A stretch of DNA of 47,708 nt from Candidatus Parcubacteria bacterium (GCA_021731495.1 JAKFXG010000010.1:1-47708), one strand, 5' to 3'; counted from the first letter of the stretch, positions 7,673-16,145 are shown. Made by a program: numbers and translations. The notes: a model not told the origin generated them from the letters alone.

Positions 7673-8566
7673 ATGGCGAACCGACATTTAGCGCGCTCAG
7701 TTGTTCTCCAAACACTTTTTGAGTGGGACACTACCCACGCGAGTGAGAAAGATACGTTGGCGATTCTCGCGCGCAATGTCGCAGAGTTTGGCGGCGATGA
7801 TGTAGATCAGTCGTTCATGGAAAACCTCCTTAAAGGCGTGCTCGCAAAAAAAGAAGATATCGATCTTGTCATTGGGAAGGCGGCACCCGAGTGGCCCTTA
7901 GAGCGTATCGCACCGGTTGACCGCAATATCCTCCGTCTTGGACTCTACGAACTTCTTTTCTCAGATCGTTCGCAGGTGCCAGCAAAGGTCGCCATTAATG
8001 AAGCCATTGAGCTTGCCAAGACTTTCGGGGGCGACTCCTCCGGCCGCTTTGTGAACGGTGTTCTTGGCGCGGTCTATAAAGAGCTTGGTGAACCTGGGAA
8101 GGAAGAACAAGGAGGAAAGAAAATGAAGCGGGAAGAATTGCCGCTCGAGAAAATGGGCGGCGCGATCGTATACGCCAAACATGATGGCCAATATTATCTC
8201 GCGCTTGTGCACGATGTCTTTGGCCGATGGACCCTCTCAAAGGGCCATATTGAGGAAGACGCGACGCCGGAGATTGGCGTAAAGCGCGTCATCAAAGAAG
8301 AACTTGGTCTCGTCGCCTCGGTTGGCAATCAGATAGGCGAGAACGAATATATCGCGTCACACCCGGAGAAAGGAAAGGTGCGCAAGCATGTGTGGTTCTT
8401 CCTCGCATCGAGCGACTTCGAGCCAATTACCCTGAAGAAGAGCGGGGGACTCGACGACGCAAAGTGGTTTCGTCTTCAGGACATCATCGACCTTAATTTC
8501 TACGACGACATGCTTCCCATCGTGACGGCAGCGGTGCAAAAATTGCTTGACCATTCAAGCCGCTAA
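7673..8566 (+). CDS. nusB: NusB antitermination factor fused to a C-terminal Nudix hydrolase domain
   Basis: The start is placed at MANRHLARSVVLQTLFEWD, with AGGAGA 12 nt upstream. The NusB block is LGLYELLF...VAINEAIELAKTFG. After a K/E-rich linker comes a Nudix-like box, GHIEEDATPEIGVKRVIKEELGL. Confidence 0.8.
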   Translation: MANRHLARSVVLQTLFEWDTTHASEKDTLAILARNVAEFGGDDVDQSFMENLLKGVLAKKEDIDLVIGKAAPEWPLERIAPVDRNILRLGLYELLFSDRSQVPAKVAINEAIELAKTFGGDSSGRFVNGVLGAVYKELGEPGKEEQGGKKMKREELPLEKMGGAIVYAKHDGQYYLALVHDVFGRWTLSKGHIEEDATPEIGVKRVIKEELGLVASVGNQIGENEYIASHPEKGKVRKHVWFFLASSDFEPITLKKSGGLDDAKWFRLQDIIDLNFYDDMLPIVTAAVQKLLDHSSR

Positions 8567-8611
8567 AGAGGCATTTGTTTCTATACGGCCCGGGCTGTAA
8601 ACTGTCATTAC

Positions 8612-9304
8612 ATGCCCGATTTCTCTTCATTCGCCCAAAAGTGCGGTCTCTCGTTCAATAATCTTGACCTCCTTGTCGAGGCTTTGACGCACCGTTCCTA
8701 TCTGAACGAACATCGCGAATACACGGGAAGGCATAATGAACGGCTCGAATTCCTTGGCGACGCGGTCCTCGAACTCGCTGCCACCAACTTCCTTTTCAAG
8801 AAATTTCCCGCTAAGCCTGAAGGCGATCTAACGAGCTATCGCGCTGCTCTTGTGAATACCGTGTCACTTGCCGCAAGCGCACAAGCGCTCGGTATCAGTG
8901 AGTTTCTACTCCTCTCGAAAGGCGAATCGAAGGACACTGGTCGCGCGCGTGACGTAATTCTTGCAGATGCTTTCGAAGCCATTATTGGTGCAGTGTATCT
9001 CGACAAAGGATTTGAAGAAGCTGAAGCATTTATCGCGAGGAATCTCTTTGGCAAGATTGACGACGTCATCGCTAGTCGCTCGTACCAGGACGCGAAGAGC
9101 CGCTTTCAGGAAATCGCACAGGAGAAGCGCGGCACCACACCCGCGTACAAGACACTGTCCGAAGAGGGTCCCGACCACGCCAAGCTTTTCACCGTCGGGG
9201 TATTTATAGGGAAAGAAGAAATAGCTCGAGGAGAGGGACAAAGTAAGCAAGAGGCCGAACAGTCGGCGGCAGAGGCAGGTTTGAAAGCGATGCAGTGGTC
9301 GTAA
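8612..9304 (+). CDS. rnc: ribonuclease III
   Basis: ERLEFLGDAVLE signature and a C-terminal dsRBD (GPDHAKLFTVGVFIG...GEGQSKQEAEQSAA). TAAACT lies 8 nt upstream of the ATG. Confidence 0.95.
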   Translation: MPDFSSFAQKCGLSFNNLDLLVEALTHRSYLNEHREYTGRHNERLEFLGDAVLELAATNFLFKKFPAKPEGDLTSYRAALVNTVSLAASAQALGISEFLLLSKGESKDTGRARDVILADAFEAIIGAVYLDKGFEEAEAFIARNLFGKIDDVIASRSYQDAKSRFQEIAQEKRGTTPAYKTLSEEGPDHAKLFTVGVFIGKEEIARGEGQSKQEAEQSAAEAGLKAMQWS

Positions 9305-9469
9305 GGGGCTTTTCATAGCGTCGGGAACGTGCCGTCTACAGGTGCCTATCACATAACGATAGGCCTCGTTTCCGACGTGATTGTTGCTCCCTGTTTGTCC
9401 AAGAGTCTTCGATTGGATACAAACAGCAGTCCTTAAGGGCTTGTTGCAAATGCCAACAAAAAAATCAGT

Positions 9470-9475
9470 TATAAT
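9470..9475 (+). promoter_or_regulatory. -10 TATAAT 9 nt upstream of the smc ATG
   Basis: TATAAT-tagtcggta-ATG. Confidence 0.4.
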
Positions 9476-9484
9476 TAGTCGGTA

Positions 9485-11698
9485 ATGCTGAAGCGACTGG
9501 AAATCGTCGGGTTTAAGTCGTTCGCCAAGAAAACAGTCTTGGACTTTTTAAGTACGACTACGGCTATTGTCGGTCCGAACGGTTCCGGAAAGAGTAATGT
9601 CGCTGAGGCATTCCGTTTTGCGCTCGGTGAGCAGTCGATGAAGAGCATGCGCGGCAAGCGTGCCGAGGATCTCATTTTCAACGGTTCGCACTCGGTGCCG
9701 CGCGCCAATCGCGCGGCAGTCGCCATCGTCTTCGATAATTCGCGTCGGCTATTCAAGATCGATTTCGACGAGGTTGTGATCGAGCGCGCGGTCTTTCGAG
9801 ATGGAACGAGCGAGTATTCCATCAATGGTTCGCGGGTGCGACTCCGCGATATCGAGGAGCTCCTAGCCGGTGCGAATATCGGCGAGACAGGCCATCATAT
9901 TATTTCTCAAGGGGAGGCGGACCGCATTTTGCTCGCGTCGCCTCGCGAACGCCGTTCGATGCTCGAAGATGCGCTCGGACTCAAGATCTATGAATTCAAG
10001 AAGCAGGAGGCCGAGCGGAAACTTGTAAAGACTGAAGAAAATATCCAGCAGGTGAATTCGCTTCGGAGAGAGCTCGCGCCGCATTTGCGGTTTCTCGAGA
10101 GCCAGGTGAAGAAACTAGAACGTGCGGATTCCCTGCGAGTTGAACTCACCGGTCTCGCGCAGACGTACTTTGCGATTGAGGACGCGTACCTTGCACGCGA
10201 GAAAACAAAAGTTGCCGAAGAGAAGCGGGATGCGACGGAGCGGCTCGCGGTCGTGAGTGCGGAACTCGACCGGGTCGCTGATCCGAAGTCGGCGGATAAT
10301 GAGACGATACAGCGCACCGAAGCGTTGCGGAAAGCAGAGAATGAAGTCTCCGAGCTCTCCGGCACGCGGGCGACTCTTTCGCGAGAGATGGGCCGTATCG
10401 AAGGTGCGCTTGCGGAAGTAAAGCGCCGCGCGACCGCAGTCGCACGCGAGCCGTATGCAAAAGTGCCGCGCGAAGAATTAGAGGCGCTTCATAGAGAGGT
10501 CGAGAAACAGGCCGAGGGCGCGGGTAACAGCACTGACGCGATGCTCGCGGCACTTATGGCCATTCGCAGTGCAATCAAGATATTCTTTACGCGGTACGGC
10601 TCGCCGAGCGACGAACGCTTTTCCGAAGAAGAGGATGCGGCGTTCAAACTGGAGAGTGAACGAACGGCGCTCGCCGAGAAGTACACGGCGGTGTCCGCCG
10701 ATCTTGAGAAAGCTGAAACGGCGCGTGCACGAGCACGCGAGGCGATGGTGGCGCTTGAAGAGACTGGCCGCGAGATCCGTCGCCGCATCCTCGACTCCGC
10801 ACAGGCAAAAGCGCATGAGGAGGGCAGAGTTGCCAAGTGTGAGGCGCGCGAATATGAGCTCGGCCTTCTTTCCGAGAATCTCGAGCGTGATAAAGGGGAG
10901 GTGCTCTCCATCGCAGGAGCCGCCGCCGTCTCCTATTCTGCACTTTCGGCGGTGCCCGATGAAGAGCGTAAGACGCAGGAAGATCGCCGACACTCGCTCG
11001 AACGCATGAAAATCCGTCTTGAAGAGGCGGGAGGCACGGGTGAAGAAATTCGCCAAGAGCACAAAGAAGTCGCCGAACGAGAAGCATTTCTCGCAACCGA
11101 GCTCGACGACCTCGCGAAGTCGGCAGCTGGATTGGGCGCCCTCATTCATGATTTGGATACGGAACTTTCAAAGCATTTCTCCGAAGGCCTCGCCCGCGTC
11201 AATGCATCATTTAGCGAATATTTCGCACTCATGTTCGACGGTGGCAGTGCACGACTTGCACTTGAAGAACCGGAGGAGCCTGAAGAAAATGACCTTGAAG
11301 ACACGGAGGAAGAGACTGACGAACTGCCGAAAGAAAAAGAGCGTCCGGGCATTGAGATTGCCGTTAATCTCCCGAAGAAGAAAGTGCGCTCCCTCATGCA
11401 GCTCTCGGGCGGCGAGCGCGCGCTTACGTCCATCGCACTCATATTCGCAATGAGCCAAGTGAATCCCCCGCCATTTTTGATACTGGACGAGACCGACGCC
11501 GCGCTCGACGAAGCGAACAGCCGCCGTTACGGCGATATGATAGAGAACCTCGCGAAGAAGTCACAACTCATCGTCATCACGCACAACCGCGAAACCATGA
11601 GCCGCACAAGCATCCTCTACGGTGTGACGATGGGCGGCGACGGAGTAAGTAAACTATTATCTGTAAAGTTTGAGGAAGCCGTAACAGTTGCTAAATAG
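9485..11698 (+). CDS. smc: SMC-family ATPase, unusually short (737 aa), no obvious hinge
   Basis: N-terminal LEIVGFKSFAKK...VGPNGSGKSNVAEAFRFALGEQS...LIFNGS. C-terminal LSGGERALTSIALIFAM...FLILDETDAALDEAN. The middle is E/R/A-rich coiled-coil sequence only. Confidence 0.8.
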   Translation: MLKRLEIVGFKSFAKKTVLDFLSTTTAIVGPNGSGKSNVAEAFRFALGEQSMKSMRGKRAEDLIFNGSHSVPRANRAAVAIVFDNSRRLFKIDFDEVVIERAVFRDGTSEYSINGSRVRLRDIEELLAGANIGETGHHIISQGEADRILLASPRERRSMLEDALGLKIYEFKKQEAERKLVKTEENIQQVNSLRRELAPHLRFLESQVKKLERADSLRVELTGLAQTYFAIEDAYLAREKTKVAEEKRDATERLAVVSAELDRVADPKSADNETIQRTEALRKAENEVSELSGTRATLSREMGRIEGALAEVKRRATAVAREPYAKVPREELEALHREVEKQAEGAGNSTDAMLAALMAIRSAIKIFFTRYGSPSDERFSEEEDAAFKLESERTALAEKYTAVSADLEKAETARARAREAMVALEETGREIRRRILDSAQAKAHEEGRVAKCEAREYELGLLSENLERDKGEVLSIAGAAAVSYSALSAVPDEERKTQEDRRHSLERMKIRLEEAGGTGEEIRQEHKEVAEREAFLATELDDLAKSAAGLGALIHDLDTELSKHFSEGLARVNASFSEYFALMFDGGSARLALEEPEEPEENDLEDTEEETDELPKEKERPGIEIAVNLPKKKVRSLMQLSGGERALTSIALIFAMSQVNPPPFLILDETDAALDEANSRRYGDMIENLAKKSQLIVITHNRETMSRTSILYGVTMGGDGVSKLLSVKFEEAVTVAK

Positions 11699-11705
11699 AG
11701 GCCTG

Positions 11706-11745
11706 CCCCGTAGCCAAACGAGTGAAGCAAGTTTGTGGTACGGGG
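11706..11745 (+). repeat. post-stop hairpin CCCCGTAGCCA...TGGTACGGGG (family copy 1)
   Basis: Begins 8 nt after the smc stop. It shares 11-mer and 12-mer arms with the hairpin at 16106..16145. No T-tract. Confidence 0.55.
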
Positions 11746-11844
11746 GTCGACGAGGCTGTTACGGCAGAGTAATTTTTGCGGAGAACGTCTTTTTGTGATT
11801 CAATAGCGCCGGAATAATCACACGTGCAGAAAAGGGGGTAGGTC

Positions 11845-12342
11845 ATGCCGATTACGAAGATATCGCGCCGGATGGAGACTCGGCTCGCACAATTGTCGTC
11901 TGCCGATGCGTCGCTCGTCAGGTGCTTCTTTACGAAGCACTCCTTGCGAGAAGAGTACGAGATCAGGGATTGGGTAGACAAACATCTTTGCGAATATGTT
12001 GAATTGTCAGCTCAAACCAATGTCAAACAAGTGGAAGATCTTGAGCGAGGACGAAAGGTGTATTCCATCTTGACCGGCAAACCGTTTGCTCCAGACACGT
12101 TTTCACATCAATCGCTATCTCTTGATATCGTGAGAGGTCTGGCGTTCGGGTTCGGCACTCGAGAATTGTTTGAGACTGCAGTACGGGCCGGGATACCGCT
12201 TGGTCGTGAGGGGAAATATACCGCATGGATCTTTGGACTCATTTCGCTGGAGGAGTTGTCTGAAGTTCCTCCGCGAATAGACAGAAGGGCTTGGAAACAA
12301 ACGAAAAAGAAAAAGAAGGGACCGGAAACGAGGCGCAATTGA
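11845..12342 (+). CDS. hypothetical protein with a Lys-rich C-terminus
   Basis: 165-aa ORF with SD AAAGGGGG 6 nt upstream of the ATG. The stop lies inside a bidirectional terminator stem. Confidence 0.5.
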   Translation: MPITKISRRMETRLAQLSSADASLVRCFFTKHSLREEYEIRDWVDKHLCEYVELSAQTNVKQVEDLERGRKVYSILTGKPFAPDTFSHQSLSLDIVRGLAFGFGTRELFETAVRAGIPLGREGKYTAWIFGLISLEELSEVPPRIDRRAWKQTKKKKKGPETRRN

Positions 12343-12359
12343 TAATTCAATTGCGCCTC
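12330..12359. terminator. bidirectional hairpin between convergent genes
   Basis: GAGGCGCAATTG-ataatt-CAATTGCGCCTC (12-bp perfect stem). It lies between the 11845 ORF and rnr. Confidence 0.6.
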
Positions 12360-14483
12360 TTACGCTATCGGCACAAAGTCCAATTCCTTCTCCGCTATTC
12401 GCGCTGCCGTCAGTTTAACTTTGATGGGGTCGCCGAGGCGATAGCTCTTGTGGGTGCGGCGTCCGCGAAGCTGATAGTGCTTCTCATCGTATTCAAAATA
12501 ATCATCGCCCACGTCCTTGATGCGTATCATGCCGTCAGCGTGCGTCGTTTGCTCTTCGACATACAGGCCGCGTTCGGTGACACCTGAAATGACCGCATCG
12601 AATTCTTCGCCAATGCGTTCGGAAAGGAATTCCACCTGCTTCATTTTGATTGAGTCGCGCTCGGCATCAGAAGCCGAGACTTCGCGTTCAGAGGAGTGGA
12701 TAGCAAGTTTGTCGAACATCTCCATCTCCTGTTTCGTGATCGGATCGCCGCCCGCATGCGCTTTGATGAGCCGATGGATGATGAGGTCGGGGTAGCGGCG
12801 AATGGGGGACGTGAAGTGCGTGTAGAAATCGAATGCGAGACCGAAGTGGCCGATATTGCTCGTCGTGTAAATGGCTTTGCTCATCGAGCGGAGTGTCGCC
12901 ATCTTCACGAGATACTCCTCCGGCTTCCCTTTCACTGATTCAAGCAGTTTGTTCAGTTCTGCGCCCGTGACTGCCCCGCTCCCGTATGTTTGTAAATGGT
13001 AGCCCATAATGCGCAACAGGTTCACCAGATTTTCGATGCGGTCGGTGTCTGGCGCATCATGGACGCGATAGAGGGAATAGAAATGCTCGCCACCGTTCGC
13101 GGTTAGTTTGGAAAGATGTTTCGCTACTGCTTCATTTGCAAGGAGCATGAAGTCTTCAATGAGGAGGTTCGTCGCTTTGCGTTCTTTGAGACGGATAGCA
13201 ATTGGCTTTCCCTCGGCGTTTAACTCAACTTTCACCTCAGCAGTATCAAATTCGATAGCGCCTCTCGCTTGGCGGCGTTCTCGGATCTTCTTTGAGAGAT
13301 CGTAAAGAATGATAAGTTCCTCACCCAAGACGCCTTGGTCATTTTCTTGCGCTTCCCTAGACTCCACCGAAGGCGGAGTCGGGCGACTCGACGCCAAGGC
13401 GGCGTCGAGTGTAGCCTGGGCATTTTCATACGTAAAACGCTTGTCAGAATGGATGACCGTTTCTCCGAACCACGTGTCCTGGATGTTTGCTTCCGAATCC
13501 AGGGTGAAGACGGCGGAAACCGCGAGACGGTCCTCGTCCGGCTTGAGCGAGCAAAGGTCGGTGGAAAGCACTTCAGGGAGCATCGGGATGGTACGGTCCA
13601 CAAGATAGACGCTCGTGGCACGCGCGACGGCTTCTTTGTCGAGCGAGGTGCCGGGCTTCACGAAGAAGGAGACATCCGCGATGTGAACGCCGACCTCTAT
13701 CTTCCCATCGGGTAGCGTACGTACTGAAAGAGCGTCATCGAAATCTTTCGCGTCAAAGGGATCAATTGTGCAGGTTGGGACTTTCCGGAAGTCACGTCGC
13801 TTCGGGTTTTTTGCCTCTTCCTCAAGCATCGTGCGGCCATGTTCTCCAAGATATTTCGCATCGGACATGACCCCGGGAGGGAAGTCGCTCGAGAATCCTT
13901 GTCCAAGCGCGAGTGCGCGCATCTCGGTTTCGTGCACGCCTGCTTTGCCGATGATCTGTTCAATGGCGCCGAGGGGATATTCTTTATCCGCTTCCCAGCT
14001 GACGAGACGCACCAGTACCTTATATCCGGGTTGAGCCTCGCCCCGGTCGAGAACGACGATTGGCACATACATTTTTTTGTAATCCGGAATTAAGAGCGCC
14101 CCCTTGTTTTCCTCGACTTGCCCCGTTAGAGCTGGACGTTCGTTAGAACGTCCACTCTCTAATGGGGTAAGGGTACCGACGAACGTCTCGCGTGCGCGCG
14201 AAACAATCTCGACGACCTTTCCCGCTTCGCGGGCTGGCATACGGCCTGACGGGTCTTGGTATTTACCCGCTGGCGCAACCTTTACGATATCGCCCGCAAG
14301 CGCATGGTTGGTCCATTCCGGCGGAATGAGAAGATCTTCCTTGCCTTCTCCAATCGGGAAGAAACCGAAACCCTTTCGGGTCATCGTTATGGGGCCCTCG
14401 TAGATACCGTCCGCTGACATTTCCTGTACTCTAGCCCCGTTACAAACCAAAGTAAATGGCTTTCCTGCAATATTTCTTTGCAC
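12360..14483 (-). CDS. rnr: ribonuclease R (RNB family, C-terminal S1 domain)
   Basis: HFGLA...YTHFTSPIRRYPDLIIHR RNB motif and an S1-like C-terminus. The listed start is GTG 14483. ATG 14420 (MSADGIYEGPITMTRKGFGFF) is the more likely start, because TAGAGT lies 7 nt upstream of it. Confidence 0.9.
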   Translation of the reverse strand: MQRNIAGKPFTLVCNGARVQEMSADGIYEGPITMTRKGFGFFPIGEGKEDLLIPPEWTNHALAGDIVKVAPAGKYQDPSGRMPAREAGKVVEIVSRARETFVGTLTPLESGRSNERPALTGQVEENKGALLIPDYKKMYVPIVVLDRGEAQPGYKVLVRLVSWEADKEYPLGAIEQIIGKAGVHETEMRALALGQGFSSDFPPGVMSDAKYLGEHGRTMLEEEAKNPKRRDFRKVPTCTIDPFDAKDFDDALSVRTLPDGKIEVGVHIADVSFFVKPGTSLDKEAVARATSVYLVDRTIPMLPEVLSTDLCSLKPDEDRLAVSAVFTLDSEANIQDTWFGETVIHSDKRFTYENAQATLDAALASSRPTPPSVESREAQENDQGVLGEELIILYDLSKKIRERRQARGAIEFDTAEVKVELNAEGKPIAIRLKERKATNLLIEDFMLLANEAVAKHLSKLTANGGEHFYSLYRVHDAPDTDRIENLVNLLRIMGYHLQTYGSGAVTGAELNKLLESVKGKPEEYLVKMATLRSMSKAIYTTSNIGHFGLAFDFYTHFTSPIRRYPDLIIHRLIKAHAGGDPITKQEMEMFDKLAIHSSEREVSASDAERDSIKMKQVEFLSERIGEEFDAVISGVTERGLYVEEQTTHADGMIRIKDVGDDYFEYDEKHYQLRGRRTHKSYRLGDPIKVKLTAARIAEKELDFVPIA

Positions 14484-14518
14484 CGTTCTCGAATATTCTG
14501 GGTTTGTAACGGGGCTAG
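14431..14518. repeat. 18-bp perfect inverted repeat CTAGCCCCGTTACAAACC / GGTTTGTAACGGGGCTAG, 52-nt spacer
   Basis: The arms are at 14431..14448 and 14501..14518, in the rnr/rpsP divergent control region. One arm overlaps the putative rnr -10. Confidence 0.7.
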
Positions 14519-14535
14519 CAATATACGTCGGCTTC

Positions 14536-14544
14536 TGCTATAGT
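14536..14544 (+). promoter_or_regulatory. extended -10 (TGcTATAGT) 7 nt upstream of the rpsP ATG
   Basis: TGCTATAGT-cgccttc-ATG. Confidence 0.5.
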
Positions 14545-14551
14545 CGCCTTC

Positions 14552-15073
14552 ATGTTGATGATTCGATTTCAGCGCATCGGCCGGACCAATGATCCGGCGT
14601 TTCGCATTGTCGCTATTGAGAAGGAACGCGCCGCAAAGGCGGGTAGCATTGTCGAATTGCTTGGGACCTACAACCCACGCAGCAAGGCGCTCACGTTGAA
14701 CGAGGAAAGCGTAAAAGGATGGATCGCCAAAGGCGCCCAGCCAACCGGCTCCATTCGAAACCTCCTCATCAATAAGGGTGTCATCGAAGGGAAGAAGGTG
14801 AACGTGCTTCCAAAGAAGACTCCACAAAAGAGCGAAGAGGCGATTGCTGCTGAAGCCGCGGCGGCAAATCCGACACCAGTCGCGGAGGCCGCCCCAGAAG
14901 CTGAGTCGGCTGTTACCGAAGAAGCTCCAGCCATGCCAACTGAGGCAGAAGTTGTGGCTGAAGCTGAACCGGCCGTGGAATCCGAGCCGGTAATTGATGA
15001 GGCTCCGGCTGTCGAGGTAGCCGAGGAAACACCAGTAGTTGAAGTGACCTCGGCAGAAACCCCAGCGGCGTAA
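14552..15073 (+). CDS. rpsP: ribosomal protein bS16 with an acidic Ala/Glu/Pro-rich C-terminal extension
   Basis: MLMIRFQRIGRTNDPAFRIVA is an S16 N-terminus. The last ~85 aa are low complexity (AEAAPEAESAVTEEAPAMPTEAEVVAEAEPAVE...). Confidence 0.9.
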   Translation: MLMIRFQRIGRTNDPAFRIVAIEKERAAKAGSIVELLGTYNPRSKALTLNEESVKGWIAKGAQPTGSIRNLLINKGVIEGKKVNVLPKKTPQKSEEAIAAEAAAANPTPVAEAAPEAESAVTEEAPAMPTEAEVVAEAEPAVESEPVIDEAPAVEVAEETPVVEVTSAETPAA

Positions 15074-15117
15074 TCGCCGCTGGGCAGTTGCATTAACTGC
15101 AAACTGCTTCTGCTTAC

Positions 15118-15126
15118 TGCTACTAT
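15118..15126 (+). promoter_or_regulatory. extended -10 (TGcTACTAT) 6 nt upstream of the KH-protein ATG
   Basis: TGCTACTAT-ttcaaa-ATG. Confidence 0.4.
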
Positions 15127-15132
15127 TTCAAA

Positions 15133-15432
15133 ATGGAACCAGACCAAGCATTTCTTGAATACGCGGTAAAGGCTCTCGTTGATCATCCGGAATCGGTTGA
15201 GACGACGCGCACTATCGACCAAATGGGCGTCTTGCTCACCCTTGTCGTGCACCCTGAAGACATGGGGAAGATCATCGGCAAGAGCGGCAAGACCGCCGAG
15301 GCGCTTCGCATTCTCCTGCGCGTCGTCGGTATGAAAGGAAATGCCCGGGTGAATCTCAAGATCAATGAGCCGATCGGCGGCAAGCGCGAGCAGGAAAACA
15401 AGACCGTTGATCAGGTGGTCGAAGAACTGTAA
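15133..15432 (+). CDS. KH-domain RNA-binding protein (YlqC/UPF0109-like)
   Basis: LVDHPESV...VHPEDMGKIIGKSGKTAEALRILL (GxxG KH motif). It occupies the conserved position between rpsP and trmD. Confidence 0.85.
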   Translation: MEPDQAFLEYAVKALVDHPESVETTRTIDQMGVLLTLVVHPEDMGKIIGKSGKTAEALRILLRVVGMKGNARVNLKINEPIGGKREQENKTVDQVVEEL

Positions 15433-15434
15433 TT

Positions 15435-16100
15435 GTGAAGTTTCATCTCATTACGCTTTTTCCGGAAGCTTGCGATGCGTATCTTTCGGCGTCCATACTC
15501 GGTCGTGCACGCAAAGAAAAAAAGATTTCCGTAAAGTATCAGAATCCCCGCGACTTCGTCGCGGGGCCGAAGGGCAGTTACAAGAAAGTAGACGACAAAC
15601 CGTATGGCGGCGGCCCCGGAATGGTAATGGCTGCTCTACCGGTCATTAAAGCAGTGGAGAAAGCTCTGAGGGGTAAAAAAGGCAAAAGGGTAATCATCTG
15701 GTTCTCACCAAGCGGAAAGCAGTTTTCTAATAAGGATGCCGACGCGCTCGCCAAATGTGACGACGTCGTACTCGTCTGTGGTCGCTACGAGGGCATCGAT
15801 GAGCGTGCGAAGAAAATCCTTAAAACGCTTGCAACCGTAAAAGAATTTGCGGTGGGTGAAGCTATATACACCGGAGGGGAAGTCCCGGCACTCGCAATTG
15901 TGGACGCCGTCACGCGCCGTCTCCCGGGCGTCCTCGGCAAAGATGCTTCAATAGAAGAACGCCGCATTGCTTCAAGTGCGGTCTACACCCGTCCCGAAAC
16001 CATTTCATACAAAAGTAAAAGCTATAGAGTCCCAGCCGTACTACGGACGGGGCATCATGCAAAAATAGATTCCTGGCGCCAGACGAAGCGAACGAAGTGA
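15435..16100 (+). CDS. trmD: tRNA (guanine37-N1)-methyltransferase
   Basis: ITLFPE, YGGGPGMVM and CGRYEGIDER motifs. GTG start. Confidence 0.95.
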   Translation: MKFHLITLFPEACDAYLSASILGRARKEKKISVKYQNPRDFVAGPKGSYKKVDDKPYGGGPGMVMAALPVIKAVEKALRGKKGKRVIIWFSPSGKQFSNKDADALAKCDDVVLVCGRYEGIDERAKKILKTLATVKEFAVGEAIYTGGEVPALAIVDAVTRRLPGVLGKDASIEERRIASSAVYTRPETISYKSKSYRVPAVLRTGHHAKIDSWRQTKRTK

Positions 16101-16105
16101 GCGGA

Positions 16106-16145
16106 GCCCCGTAGCCAGCGGCGGAGCTCGCTGTGGTACTGGGGC
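16106..16145 (+). repeat. post-stop hairpin GCCCCGTAGCCA...TGGTACtGGGGC (family copy 2)
   Basis: Begins 6 nt after the trmD stop. The outer arms are the same as at 11706. The inner stem differs in sequence but still pairs (AGCG/CGCT versus AAAC/GTTT). Confidence 0.55.

Noticed and set aside
10478-11149. 223-aa minus-strand ORF, plus several others across 9.9-11.5 kb
   Set aside because: They are antisense or off-frame within the repetitive, E/R/A-rich coiled-coil coding region of smc.
16106-16145. Degenerate tRNA or tRNA fragment (GCCCCGTAGCC... resembles an acceptor plus D-arm start)
   Set aside because: It is only about 40 nt long, has no T-arm (GTTCRANYC) or anticodon arm, and folds as a single hairpin.
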